59,052 nt of DNA from Ignavibacteria bacterium (GTDB lineage Bacteria; Bacteroidota; Ignavibacteria; Tepidaquicellales; OLB5), in the NCBI GenBank assembly GCA_014879675.1, contig JACSRQ010000138.1, positions 1 through 59,052 of the forward strand. The letters are read 5' to 3'. The notes beneath the pieces are model-generated. The model was not told where the DNA came from. It saw only the letters and a program-made list of their open reading frames with translations, and did no database searches. A program made the translations under genes and the position numbers. Positions within the stretch are counted from its first letter, which is position 1. Every line of letters begins with the position of its first letter. Of this stretch, positions 49,427-59,052 are shown in pieces.

Positions 49427-49941
49427 ATTCCGTAGGAGCGGAATGTTGATTTGCCTTTCAGCTAATATTTTAATTAAATATCCACTAAGCATTCACACAG
49501 TGAATGCACTCCAAAGAAAAGCAATATAGCTTTTGATTTTTTTTGGAGTGCGCTGACTGTGTCAGTGCTATTTAGAGAATTCAAAGTGTTATATAGTGAA
49601 GAATTGACTCAATATAATGTAGTACTTTCTCTAACCCCGTAGGGGTGGCATGTTTGTAGGTTTATGTTTGTTTTTATTCAAAGCTCCGTAAGAGAGGCAT
49701 GTGGATTTGATTCTTGAATTCAATAAGAATAGAAATAGTTGATGAAAAGTTGGCTTCATATAACACAGACAGGAATGTCTGTGCTACTAAAGGCTAATTG
49801 TTTTTATAAGGCTTCCGAGATGACGAACTATAAACTACACAATCCGCGGGAATGGGCAGAACCTTTCATTAATCCCTATTTTTTAGTAAATTTGTAAAAT
49901 TCGTTAAATTTTTAAAAGAGATTCCCGTTTGCACGGGAATG
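49427..49941. repeat. Intergenic cluster of several REP-like families
   Basis: CCGTAGG family at 49427, 49633 and 49683; inverted pair 49488-49515/49542-49569; ACACAGACAGGAATGTCTGTGCTACT 49763-49788; GATTCCCG..CGGGAATG 49920-49941. Confidence 0.8.
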
Positions 49942-49951
49942 GTTATCGTAT

Positions 49952-50269
49952 ATGCCAAAAATTCAGCTTAAAGAGATTTGCCACGGCCGCTCGGGTGATA
50001 AGGGCGATGCCGCTAATGTGGGCCTGATAGCCTACAAGAAGGAAGATTACGAGCTTATCAAAAGCAAAGTAACCGCAGATGCGGTTAAGAAGCATTTTGA
50101 AGGCATTTGTCTGGGTGGGGTTGATAGATATGAGCTTCCCAATATCAATGCGCTGAATTTCATCCTTCACAATACCCTCGGCGGCGGGGGAACGGTATCA
50201 TTGAAAAATGACGCACAGGGCAAGACTCTTGCCTCAGCTTTGCTGATGATGGAGATCGATAAACCCTGA
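49952..50269 (+). CDS. AtuA-like (C-terminal domain) small protein
   Basis: 'HGRSGDKGD..NVG', 'V.RYELPN..ALNF..H..LGGGG..SL..DAQGK'. Confidence 0.85.
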   Translation: MPKIQLKEICHGRSGDKGDAANVGLIAYKKEDYELIKSKVTADAVKKHFEGICLGGVDRYELPNINALNFILHNTLGGGGTVSLKNDAQGKTLASALLMMEIDKP

Positions 50270-50443
50270 GCGCAGCGAAGTGCATTATTAAAGAAAGTAT
50301 GCATTTAAGATTTAACTCATAACCATTTTTAGAATAACGAGTTAATGAATAATCGTTAAATCGAATAATATACAGTATAAAGTAAAATAAATAGAAACGA
50401 TACTGAAGAAAATAGATCCTTCACTTCGTTCAGGATAAAAAAA

Positions 50444-51536
50444 ATGTTTGACTACAGTAAATCAGAACTTAAAAAGCTAAAGACCAGGATCGATGATCTA
50501 AGGAGGTATCTTTGATATCGATAACAGGCAGCAGCAAGTTGATACCCTCCAGTTAAAAACCTCCGAACCCGGATTCTGGGATGATAACAGCGAAGCCCAG
50601 AAAATTCATCAGGAAATTACAAAATTAAGCGAATGGCTGGACCTTTGGAAAGGTCTGGATAAGAAGTATAATGACCTTGAATCGCTTGTCACCATGGCCG
50701 AAGAGGAATCCGATACCACACTTGAAGACATCTTCGAGAAGGATGTCGAGAATCTGGGCCGCGATGTGGATAATGCCGAGTTCAAAAACATGCTTAAAGA
50801 TGCCGATGATGAGCGTGATGCCATATTGAACATCAATTCCGGCGCAGGCGGTACTGAGGCGCAGGATTGGGCTCAAATGCTCATGCGTATGTATTTAAGG
50901 TACTGTGAGCGGTCGGGATTCAAAGCCGAAATTGTTGACCTGCTTGAAGGCGATGGGGCAGGCATCAAAAGCGCAACCATTGAGGTGAGCGGAAAGTACG
51001 CTTACGGCTATATGAAGGCTGAAAACGGCGTCCACAGACTTGTAAGGATATCGCCGTTTGATTCCAACAAGAAGCGCCATACATCGTTTGCCGCCGTGTT
51101 TGTTTACCCGGTTGTTGATGATAACATTGAAATTGAGATAAATCCCGCCGAAATACGGGTTGATACGTTCCGAAGCGGCGGCGCAGGCGGACAGAATGTG
51201 AATAAGGTTGAAACTGCCATCAGGATAACCCATATTCCATCGGGAATTGTTGTACAGTGCCAGAATGAGCGCTCACAGCATCAGAACCGCGCTAATGCGA
51301 TGAAGATGCTGAAATCGAAGCTCTACCAGCAGGAAAAAGAGCGCGAACAGGCTAAGCTTGATAAGATCGAAGGCTCCAAGAAAAAAATTGAATGGGGCAG
51401 CCAGATCCGGAGCTATGTGTTCCATCCATACAATATGGTGAAGGATCATCGGACCGACCACGAGACCAGCAATACGCAGGGTGTAATGGATGGCAACATA
51501 GATGAATTCATTAAGAGCTATTTGATGGCGAATTAA
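50444..51536 (+). CDS. prfB: Peptide chain release factor 2, with a programmed +1 frameshift
   Basis: ORF1 MFDYSK...LRRYL ends AGGAGG-TAT-CTT-TGA (50501-50515). The +1 frame continues DIDNRQ... into '[10 protein letters not shown]', 'SPF' and 'GGQ'. About 363 aa in total. Confidence 0.95.
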
Positions 51537-51604
51537 TTTGTGACATTACCCCGGCCGCCCCAGATTACTTGCAGTTTCGGGGTGAGTGCGGAGGGAATAA
51601 TACT

Positions 51605-51790
51605 GACCTCACCCCCCGGCCCCCTCTCCTTGGAGGAGAGGGGGAGAGAGCCTAGATTTACCGGTGCTGACAATTTTTGCTATATCTAAAATCATCGTCT
51701 GGATACCCTGCTGAGACCTGTCTGCTTTAGCAGAAGGTATGACAAAGTGTTTTTTCCCCTCTCCTCTAGGAGAGGGGTTAGGGGTGAGGT
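51605..51790. repeat. Inverted pair of CCTCACCCC..CCCCTCTCC..GGAGAGGGG elements enclosing another REP module
   Basis: 51605-51644 and inverted 51756-51790; related element at 56804-56832. Confidence 0.8.
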
Positions 51791-51830
51791 GAAAAAGCTT
51801 TAAGTTTCATTTAAATTAATCTGCAATAAA

Positions 51831-53054
51831 TTGATCAATTTTTATCTCGCGAAAAGATTTTTACGGTCAAAAAAGGAATCAAGTTTTGTTTCCTTTATCA
51901 CATTTATATCAATTGCGGGAATTGCCATTGGCGTTGCCGCGCTGATCATAGCCGTATCAGTACTCAGCGGATTCGAAAAAGAGATAACCGAAAAAACAAT
52001 ATCCCTTTCATCGCATATACAGGTAACATCATTCAAAAAAGAGGGCATACCGGACTATAACCGCGTAATAACCCAGCTCAACGATCCCGAATACGGAATG
52101 GATATCAAAGCAGCTCATCCTTATGTACAGAAGGAAGCCGTTATCAAGTATAAAGATAGAACCGAAGGTATTATTCTAAAGGGAATTCGCAATGAGGACA
52201 GTGTTTTCAGCAAACAAAGGAAAATTGTTCTTGGTACAGGCGATCTCAGCAGTTTGGACTCAACCTTGCCAAAAATAATCATAGGCAACAAACTGGCTAC
52301 AAAACTGGGTATTGAGCCCGGAAGCAACATTTTCATTATCGCAACGATCGGGATTCCATCTGCAACAAACACTCCAACTGTTAAAGGATTTAAAGTTAGC
52401 GGTATATATGAATCAGGCTTAAAAGAATATGACGATGTGCTGTTATATGTATCACTTAAAGACGCGCAAAAGCTTTATAGTATGGGTCCTTACGTTACCG
52501 GACTTGAACTGTTTTTGAATGATATCTCGAAGATCAAAAAGACGACGAACGAGATCAAGGCAAGGGTTGATTATCCAAATAATAACGCGCGGAATGTATT
52601 CCAGATATATAAGGGACTTTTTACGTGGGTTGAGCTGCAAAAAGAACCTATACCCATCGTGCTTGGTTTAATAATTATAGTAGCTGCAATTAACATTGTA
52701 GGCTTCCTGCTCATGCTTGTACTTGAAAAAACTGAGACAATCGGCATCCTGAAATCACTTGGCGCTAAAAACGGCGATATCATAATGATATTTTTCCTGC
52801 AGGGGATGTTTATTTCGATCGCAGGGATAGTTCTGGGCAATATTATAGGGTATGGTTTATGCCTGCTGCAGTTGAAATACAATCTCATCACAATCCCTGA
52901 TATATACTACATGTCAACAGTCCCGCTCCAAATTGACACTGGTACAGGCGTTTACATAACCGTAATAGCTATTTTGCTGAGTATATTGGTGACTGTAGTA
53001 CCGTCATACATGGCTTCCAGGCTTAACCCGATAACCTCGCTGAGGTTTAAATAG
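51831..53054 (+). CDS. LolC/E (FtsX/MacB-like) ABC transporter permease, lipoprotein release
   Basis: 'I..ISIAGIAIGVAALII..SV.SGF', 'EK..TIGILKSLGA', 'Y.ASRLNP..SLR'. Confidence 0.88.
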   Translation: MINFYLAKRFLRSKKESSFVSFITFISIAGIAIGVAALIIAVSVLSGFEKEITEKTISLSSHIQVTSFKKEGIPDYNRVITQLNDPEYGMDIKAAHPYVQKEAVIKYKDRTEGIILKGIRNEDSVFSKQRKIVLGTGDLSSLDSTLPKIIIGNKLATKLGIEPGSNIFIIATIGIPSATNTPTVKGFKVSGIYESGLKEYDDVLLYVSLKDAQKLYSMGPYVTGLELFLNDISKIKKTTNEIKARVDYPNNNARNVFQIYKGLFTWVELQKEPIPIVLGLIIIVAAINIVGFLLMLVLEKTETIGILKSLGAKNGDIIMIFFLQGMFISIAGIVLGNIIGYGLCLLQLKYNLITIPDIYYMSTVPLQIDTGTGVYITVIAILLSILVTVVPSYMASRLNPITSLRFK

Positions 53055-53060
53055 CACCTG

Positions 53061-53759
53061 ATGAAATATACCAAGGATAAGAAGTTTATTGGCGCGATGT
53101 TCGATGAAATATCGCCCACTTATGACAGGCTGAATCATTTATTAAGCGGTTACCAAGATAACCGCTGGCGTAAGAGTGCCGTAAAGCATCTGGCCTCGAT
53201 GGGAAGTTATGAGAATGTGCTTGATCTCGCCTGCGGCTCGGGTGATCTTGGGCTGGAATTCACTAAGTTAAGCCCTAAAAAGCTATATTCCGCTGATCTA
53301 TCATTTGAAATGCTGAAAATAGATAGAGAGAAACTGCCTCAGAGCATTAACATACCCGTTAAGGCAGAAGCTGAGAGGCTGCCGTTTGCAAGCGGCATGT
53401 TTGACTTATGCGGCATAGGATTTGGCGTGCGGAATTTTGAGTGGCTATCGATTTGCGCAGCGGAAATTAACCGAGTATTAAAGCCGGGCGGTAGATTCCT
53501 GACAATAGAGATGTTCAAGCCTGAAAAGCCTAATATTGTGAATAGGGGATTCAGGTTATATTTTGAAAAAGTGCTCCCCAAAATAGGGAACAGGCTTTCC
53601 AGAAGCAAATACGCTTATAACTACCTTTTCGAATCCGTTGATAATTTCCTCCCGGTATCGGAATATTCCCGTTTATTGGAACAAAACGGCTTTAAAGTAA
53701 CTAAGATCAGGAACAACTTCATCGGCATTGTGCATACAGTGTTCGCTGAGAAGATATAG
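53061..53759 (+). CDS. ubiE: Ubiquinone/menaquinone C-methyltransferase (UbiE/MenG)
   Basis: 'MFDEISPTYDRLNHLLS', 'LDLACGSGD', 'FGVRNF', 'RVLKPGG', 'AYNYL.ESV'. Confidence 0.9.
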   Translation: MKYTKDKKFIGAMFDEISPTYDRLNHLLSGYQDNRWRKSAVKHLASMGSYENVLDLACGSGDLGLEFTKLSPKKLYSADLSFEMLKIDREKLPQSINIPVKAEAERLPFASGMFDLCGIGFGVRNFEWLSICAAEINRVLKPGGRFLTIEMFKPEKPNIVNRGFRLYFEKVLPKIGNRLSRSKYAYNYLFESVDNFLPVSEYSRLLEQNGFKVTKIRNNFIGIVHTVFAEKI

Positions 53760-53857
53760 TACATTCTGTGGGACTAAAACATTAATAATTTTTTACAATA
53801 AATTATTGTGATTTAATCTTTCAATAAGTATATTTAAATCAATTAAAACACTTTTTT

Positions 53858-54319
53858 ATGAAAAATATTTACAAAACGTTTTCATTGCGGATAATTACGG
53901 GATTAATGCTCCTTTCGCTGCCTTTTTTGGGTACCGATTGTGAAGAGATACTGAATCAAATAGGTACCCCCACAGGCACGCTGCAAGGCGATTGGACACT
54001 GGTTTACAATGCGGGCGGCACACTTGATGTTTGTCCCGGAGAAACTGCGAATTTCCCCAGTAACACGAACGGTACAGCGACGCTGCAGTGTCCAAACCAA
54101 ACCGCTATTACAAGGGATTACTCTGTAAACGGCGCCACGCTTACTTATACAGATTCCGGTATCCAGTACGAGATTTCTTTCACACAGAATAACGAGCTGG
54201 TTCTGAGCGGAGTAAACACCAACAGGATACTCTATTACAGCACTCAGGTTCCTTCAAAGCCCGGTAACGTAAACGAAACAAAGCAGGGCAGTTCTTCCAA
54301 TTCATCAGAAATTAAATAG
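53858..54319 (+). CDS. Putative lipoprotein with a lipocalin-like domain
   Basis: Signal ends 'LGTDC'; 'LQGDWTL'; paralogous to the C-terminal half of 19225..19944. Confidence 0.7.
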   Translation: MKNIYKTFSLRIITGLMLLSLPFLGTDCEEILNQIGTPTGTLQGDWTLVYNAGGTLDVCPGETANFPSNTNGTATLQCPNQTAITRDYSVNGATLTYTDSGIQYEISFTQNNELVLSGVNTNRILYYSTQVPSKPGNVNETKQGSSSNSSEIK

Positions 54320-54330
54320 GTAAAAACCAT

Positions 54331-56046
54331 ATGAAAAGATCATACATATTAAACTTCCTTGTGATTCCCGCCGTAGTTTGCGCCCTGGTTTTTGCCTTCA
54401 GCGCATTCAGTGTGGATCAAAAGGTAACGGAATCAACACAGGTAGTTAAATCTACCCACAAGAATATCGCATCGGAGATTGTAGCGAATAAAAAAAGCAC
54501 AGAAAGCTTCAGGGATGTAAGCCTGTTTTCGGTTAAATCAGGTGATAATACTGCGGCAAATCAGTTTGCAGCGAACGTTTCGAGTCTGAAGATCGATAGC
54601 CGCGTATTAAGCACGCTTAATTCCTCAAAGCCGGAAAGCATGACACTTAAGGTTCCTGCAGCTGACGGCAGAACAGTTGAAGTTGAATTGGTAAAAACAG
54701 ACTATCTGCCAACGGACTTCAAGATCAAAAATGTAAATTCAAACGGTACAAAATATGAAGCATATGAACCCGGTACTTATTATACAGGCGTAATAAAAGG
54801 TGATAACACTTCTATTGCCACATTCAGCGTATTTAAAAACAGTGTTATGGGAATTTTTTCAACCAATGATGGCAATTTCGTACTAGGCTCTGTTAAAGAT
54901 GCGGACAAAAGCCTGACAGAAGATTACATTTTTTACAATGATAACGATGCGGTAAATAAACCCGGTTTTGATTGCGGTGCGGGTGATTCATACGACAAGT
55001 TTTATAAAGATCCCGTCAAATTCAGTCAGCCTACAGGCGATAATCCCGGCAGGACAACTTCTCCTGTGGATATCTACTTCGTATGCGATTACCAGATGTA
55101 TCTTGATAATGGGAGCAGCACAACATCAGTTGGTAATTTTGTCAGCGGTGCATTTGCACATGTTCGCACATTGTATCTAAATGAAGGTCTGACAGTTGCA
55201 TTATCAGCTGATCTTACAGTTTATACAAGCCCTGATCCTTACAGGAATCTTAATGAATCACCTGCGATACTTGAGTTGTTTGGTGATAACACAAGGAACG
55301 GATTTAATGGCGATCTGGCCCATTTGCTTTCCACAGGACATGGCCAGTCACTTGGCGGCATTGCCTGGATAAACGTGCTTTGCCAGTCATACGAACCGGT
55401 AAGCCATTCAGGCAAGTATGCATTCAGCAATATTGAAGGTAATTATTCACCATACCCCACATTTTCATGGACTGTAATGGTAATCACCCATGAAACAGGC
55501 CACAATTTCGGATCAATGCACACACATGCATGCGTTTGGCCAACTACCAGCGGGCAGATCGATTCTTGCTATCAGTCAGAAGGCGGTTGTGTATCAGGAA
55601 CCAGGCCAAACAATAACGGAACAGTAATGAGCTATTGCCATCTTAACGGTGCCATAAACTTAACCCGCGGATTTGGTTCACTTCCGCATGATACTATTGT
55701 TGATAGATACGATAAAGCGCTATGCCTGGATAATCCAATAAACTCTTCGGAAACACCGGTTGCATTTAAGCTTTCGCAGAATTATCCAAACCCGTTCAAT
55801 CCGGCTACCAACATCCGTTTTGCGCTTCCGCAGGATGGCTTTGTGACGCTGAGGATATTTGATGTGACAGGCAGAGAGATTGCAAAGCTTGTGAACAGTC
55901 AGTATTATGCCATCGGATTTTATTCGGTAAGTCTTGATGCAGCGTCATTAAATCTCGCTTCGGGGGTTTACTTGTATAAGCTTGATGTTACAAGGGATAA
56001 TAATTCGGTATATTCAGAAATCAAAAAAATGGTACTTATAAAATGA
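54331..56046 (+). CDS. M12 (reprolysin-like) zinc metalloprotease with a T9SS-type C-terminal sorting domain
   Basis: 'HETGHNFGSMH' metzincin motif, 'VMSYCH' Met-turn, pro-domain Cys ('FDCG'), CTD 'LSQNYPNPFNP...SGVYLY...KKMVLIK'. Confidence 0.88.
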   Translation: MKRSYILNFLVIPAVVCALVFAFSAFSVDQKVTESTQVVKSTHKNIASEIVANKKSTESFRDVSLFSVKSGDNTAANQFAANVSSLKIDSRVLSTLNSSKPESMTLKVPAADGRTVEVELVKTDYLPTDFKIKNVNSNGTKYEAYEPGTYYTGVIKGDNTSIATFSVFKNSVMGIFSTNDGNFVLGSVKDADKSLTEDYIFYNDNDAVNKPGFDCGAGDSYDKFYKDPVKFSQPTGDNPGRTTSPVDIYFVCDYQMYLDNGSSTTSVGNFVSGAFAHVRTLYLNEGLTVALSADLTVYTSPDPYRNLNESPAILELFGDNTRNGFNGDLAHLLSTGHGQSLGGIAWINVLCQSYEPVSHSGKYAFSNIEGNYSPYPTFSWTVMVITHETGHNFGSMHTHACVWPTTSGQIDSCYQSEGGCVSGTRPNNNGTVMSYCHLNGAINLTRGFGSLPHDTIVDRYDKALCLDNPINSSETPVAFKLSQNYPNPFNPATNIRFALPQDGFVTLRIFDVTGREIAKLVNSQYYAIGFYSVSLDAASLNLASGVYLYKLDVTRDNNSVYSEIKKMVLIK

Positions 56047-56528
56047 TGAAATACTTATTGGCTTTGACGGTTATTTTTGCTGTTGCTTTTTCATCCTGTT
56101 CGGGCAGTGATACTGATAATGGCCCCGGCCTGAAAAAAAAGAGCTATGTGTATTCACTCACCGATAGCACCGGCGGCGTGCTTGCCGATGGGATGATGAA
56201 TATCACATCTGTAACTAAATCTGCTGTAACGGGGATGCGCAATACTTATGATGTTAAAGGTACATATACCATAGGCAATGTAACTACAGATACAATGTAC
56301 ACTGCGTTTTCAACTATGTCAGGCGGCGAAATGACAGGCTTGTATAATGATTCGCTTAAGACGCTGTGGATAAATACAAATCCAAGCATAGCAGATGCAA
56401 ATGTGTTCATTAACGCCAATGTAACCTCAAGCACATTGAAAGGCGATTGGTATTACTCAACTTTCAGAGGCAAGGATAAACAGGGCGGATTTATGACGGC
56501 AAATGCAGTAGCGAAGAAAAAGAATTAG
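56043..56528 (+). CDS. Hypothetical lipoprotein
   Basis: Lipobox 'FSSC'; overlaps the protease stop. Confidence 0.75.
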   Translation: MMKYLLALTVIFAVAFSSCSGSDTDNGPGLKKKSYVYSLTDSTGGVLADGMMNITSVTKSAVTGMRNTYDVKGTYTIGNVTTDTMYTAFSTMSGGEMTGLYNDSLKTLWINTNPSIADANVFINANVTSSTLKGDWYYSTFRGKDKQGGFMTANAVAKKKN

Positions 56529-56549
56529 AATAAATATATTTTTGAATTG

Positions 56550-56582
56550 AAAAGGGCTGGAAGTTTTCTTTCAGCCCTTTTT
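56550..56582 (+). terminator. Intrinsic terminator
   Basis: AAAAGGGCTG...CAGCCCTTTTT. Confidence 0.75.
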
Positions 56583-56594
56583 GTTTTATAGCTA

Positions 56595-56946
56595 GTCACC
56601 CTGAACTTGTTTCAGGGTCTTTATGAGGAAAACGAGAAATTATGCACAGACAAGGCACGAAGTGTGTTACAAATGTCAAACTTAGAATTCTTACCTGTAA
56701 ATTTCTGTTTGTGGGAATAAAATGAAACACAGACAGGAATGTCTGTGCTACTGATATTTCGTAATTCATAATAATTACAAATGGTAAAAATATAAATGTT
56801 TTGGCCCCTCCTTTGGAGGGGTTGGGGAGGTCGCATTCAAATGTCAAATGATAAACTTAAAAGTCCTACCTGTAATTTCCTGTTGGGTTGAGCAAAAAAA
56901 AAGCACAGACAGGTCACAAAGTGCTCTTTTAAATGTCTGTGCTACT
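56595..56946. repeat. REP-like cluster with a degenerate duplicated ~80-95 bp unit
   Basis: CACAGACA.G..AATGTC elements at 56644, 56727 and 56903; duplicated 'aaactta.aa.tc.tacctgtaa.tt.ctgtt' at ~56678 and ~56853. Confidence 0.75.
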
Positions 56947-56976
56947 GGTTATCTATAATAAGAATAACTCAACAAA

Positions 56977-58251
<1,275 letters not shown>

Positions 58252-58328
58252 TTAGAATTATTAAGTTTGTTACTGGAATGTTTTGCTACTGAAAAAAACT
58301 TACTTTTTAATTAAGATACAGCAGAAAT

Positions 58329-58360
58329 TAAAAGAGCCATTTAAAAAAATGGCTCTTTTA
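58329..58360 (-). terminator. Intrinsic (bidirectional-type) terminator after secF
   Basis: TAAAAGAGCCATTT...AAATGGCTCTTTTA. Confidence 0.75.
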
Positions 58361-58366
58361 AAAACT

Positions 58367-59050
58367 TTAAGCTTTATTAACGGCTACTTTACGGGTCGAG
58401 CCAGGTGATTTTTTCCGGTCAAAGTAACCTTTGGCATCAACCACAAATGCACCTGCAACGTAAATTGATGAGTATGTTCCGGTTATTATACCGATTAGGA
58501 AGGTAAATGCGAAGCTTCTGTTCACTTCGCCGCCGAAAACCAAAAGTATAAGAACGGTTATGAACACCGTACCGTTAGTAATTATTGTTCTGTTAAGTGT
58601 ATAGTTCAAACTTTTATTCATAACAGTGAAAATACTTTCGCTCTTAAAGAGCTTAATATTCTCCCTGATACGATCGAATACAACAACCGTATCATTTACC
58701 GAAAAACCGATAAGTGTTAAAAATGCCGCAACCATTGCCTGGTTAAGCTCCAGGTTAAGGGAAGGGAACAACACGCCCGTTAAAGCAACAATTCCAAGCG
58801 TCATTAAAACGTCATGAAGCAAAGCAACTACCGAGCCTAATGCATAAAGAAATTCAAACCTGAATGCAAGGTAGATCAAAATTGCAATAAGTGAAAAGAT
58901 AGTCGCATAAATTGCAGAAGTAGAAAGCTCTTTACCTATCTTGGGACCAACCTTATCTATCCTTAGTATTTCGAATTTGTTCCCTGGAATATTCTTCACG
59001 AGGGCATCTTTGATCCTGTCGCTGACTGTTGTGCCTTCGCCGGGTTCAGC
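58367..59050 (-). CDS. secF: Protein translocase subunit SecF, 5'-truncated by window edge
   Basis: 'VGP.IG.EL', 'YLAFRFE', 'ALLHDV', 'IGFSVNDTVVVFDRIREN', 'GTYSSIYVA'; frame open to the window end. Confidence 0.92.
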   Translation of the reverse strand, partial: AEPGEGTTVSDRIKDALVKNIPGNKFEILRIDKVGPKIGKELSTSAIYATIFSLIAILIYLAFRFEFLYALGSVVALLHDVLMTLGIVALTGVLFPSLNLELNQAMVAAFLTLIGFSVNDTVVVFDRIRENIKLFKSESIFTVMNKSLNYTLNRTIITNGTVFITVLILLVFGGEVNRSFAFTFLIGIITGTYSSIYVAGAFVVDAKGYFDRKKSPGSTRKVAVNKA

Positions 59051-59052
59051 GG

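Noticed and set aside
50694-51536. Truncated or pseudogenised prfB
   Set aside because: Explained by the programmed +1 frameshift at 50510-50515.

Overview
A 59 kb chromosomal segment, mostly housekeeping, from an FCB-group bacterium. The lineage is most likely Ignavibacteriota, inferred from the 'SQNYPNPFNP' T9SS-type C-terminal domain, TAnnTTTG-like promoter motifs and AT-rich leaders poor in Shine-Dalgarno sites. It carries glycogen genes (glgB, malQ, GH57), ppk2 and ppx, folD, prmA, deoC with a split ALDH16-type pair, a CHASE3/multi-PAS HisKA_2 kinase, an S41 protease, ybeY-smg-topA-tldD-pmbA-xerC, prfB with a programmed +1 frameshift, a LolC/E permease, ubiE/menG, a secreted M12 metalloprotease operon, a divergent purA, a partial secF and one tRNA-Lys(CTT). 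No CRISPR-Cas, prophage or transposase is visible. The most unusual items are: (1) a PurA with substitutions at several canonical IMP-binding residues; (2) an AT-rich islet encoding a protein with two HEPN-type RxxxxH motifs next to a membrane protein; (3) many intergenic REP-like palindrome families with compensatory changes and inserts nested in their loops, including a three-unit tandem array with an exact 261 bp period; (4) a paralogous lipocalin-like lipoprotein domain present twice. All functional calls come from motif recognition by eye; no searches were run.
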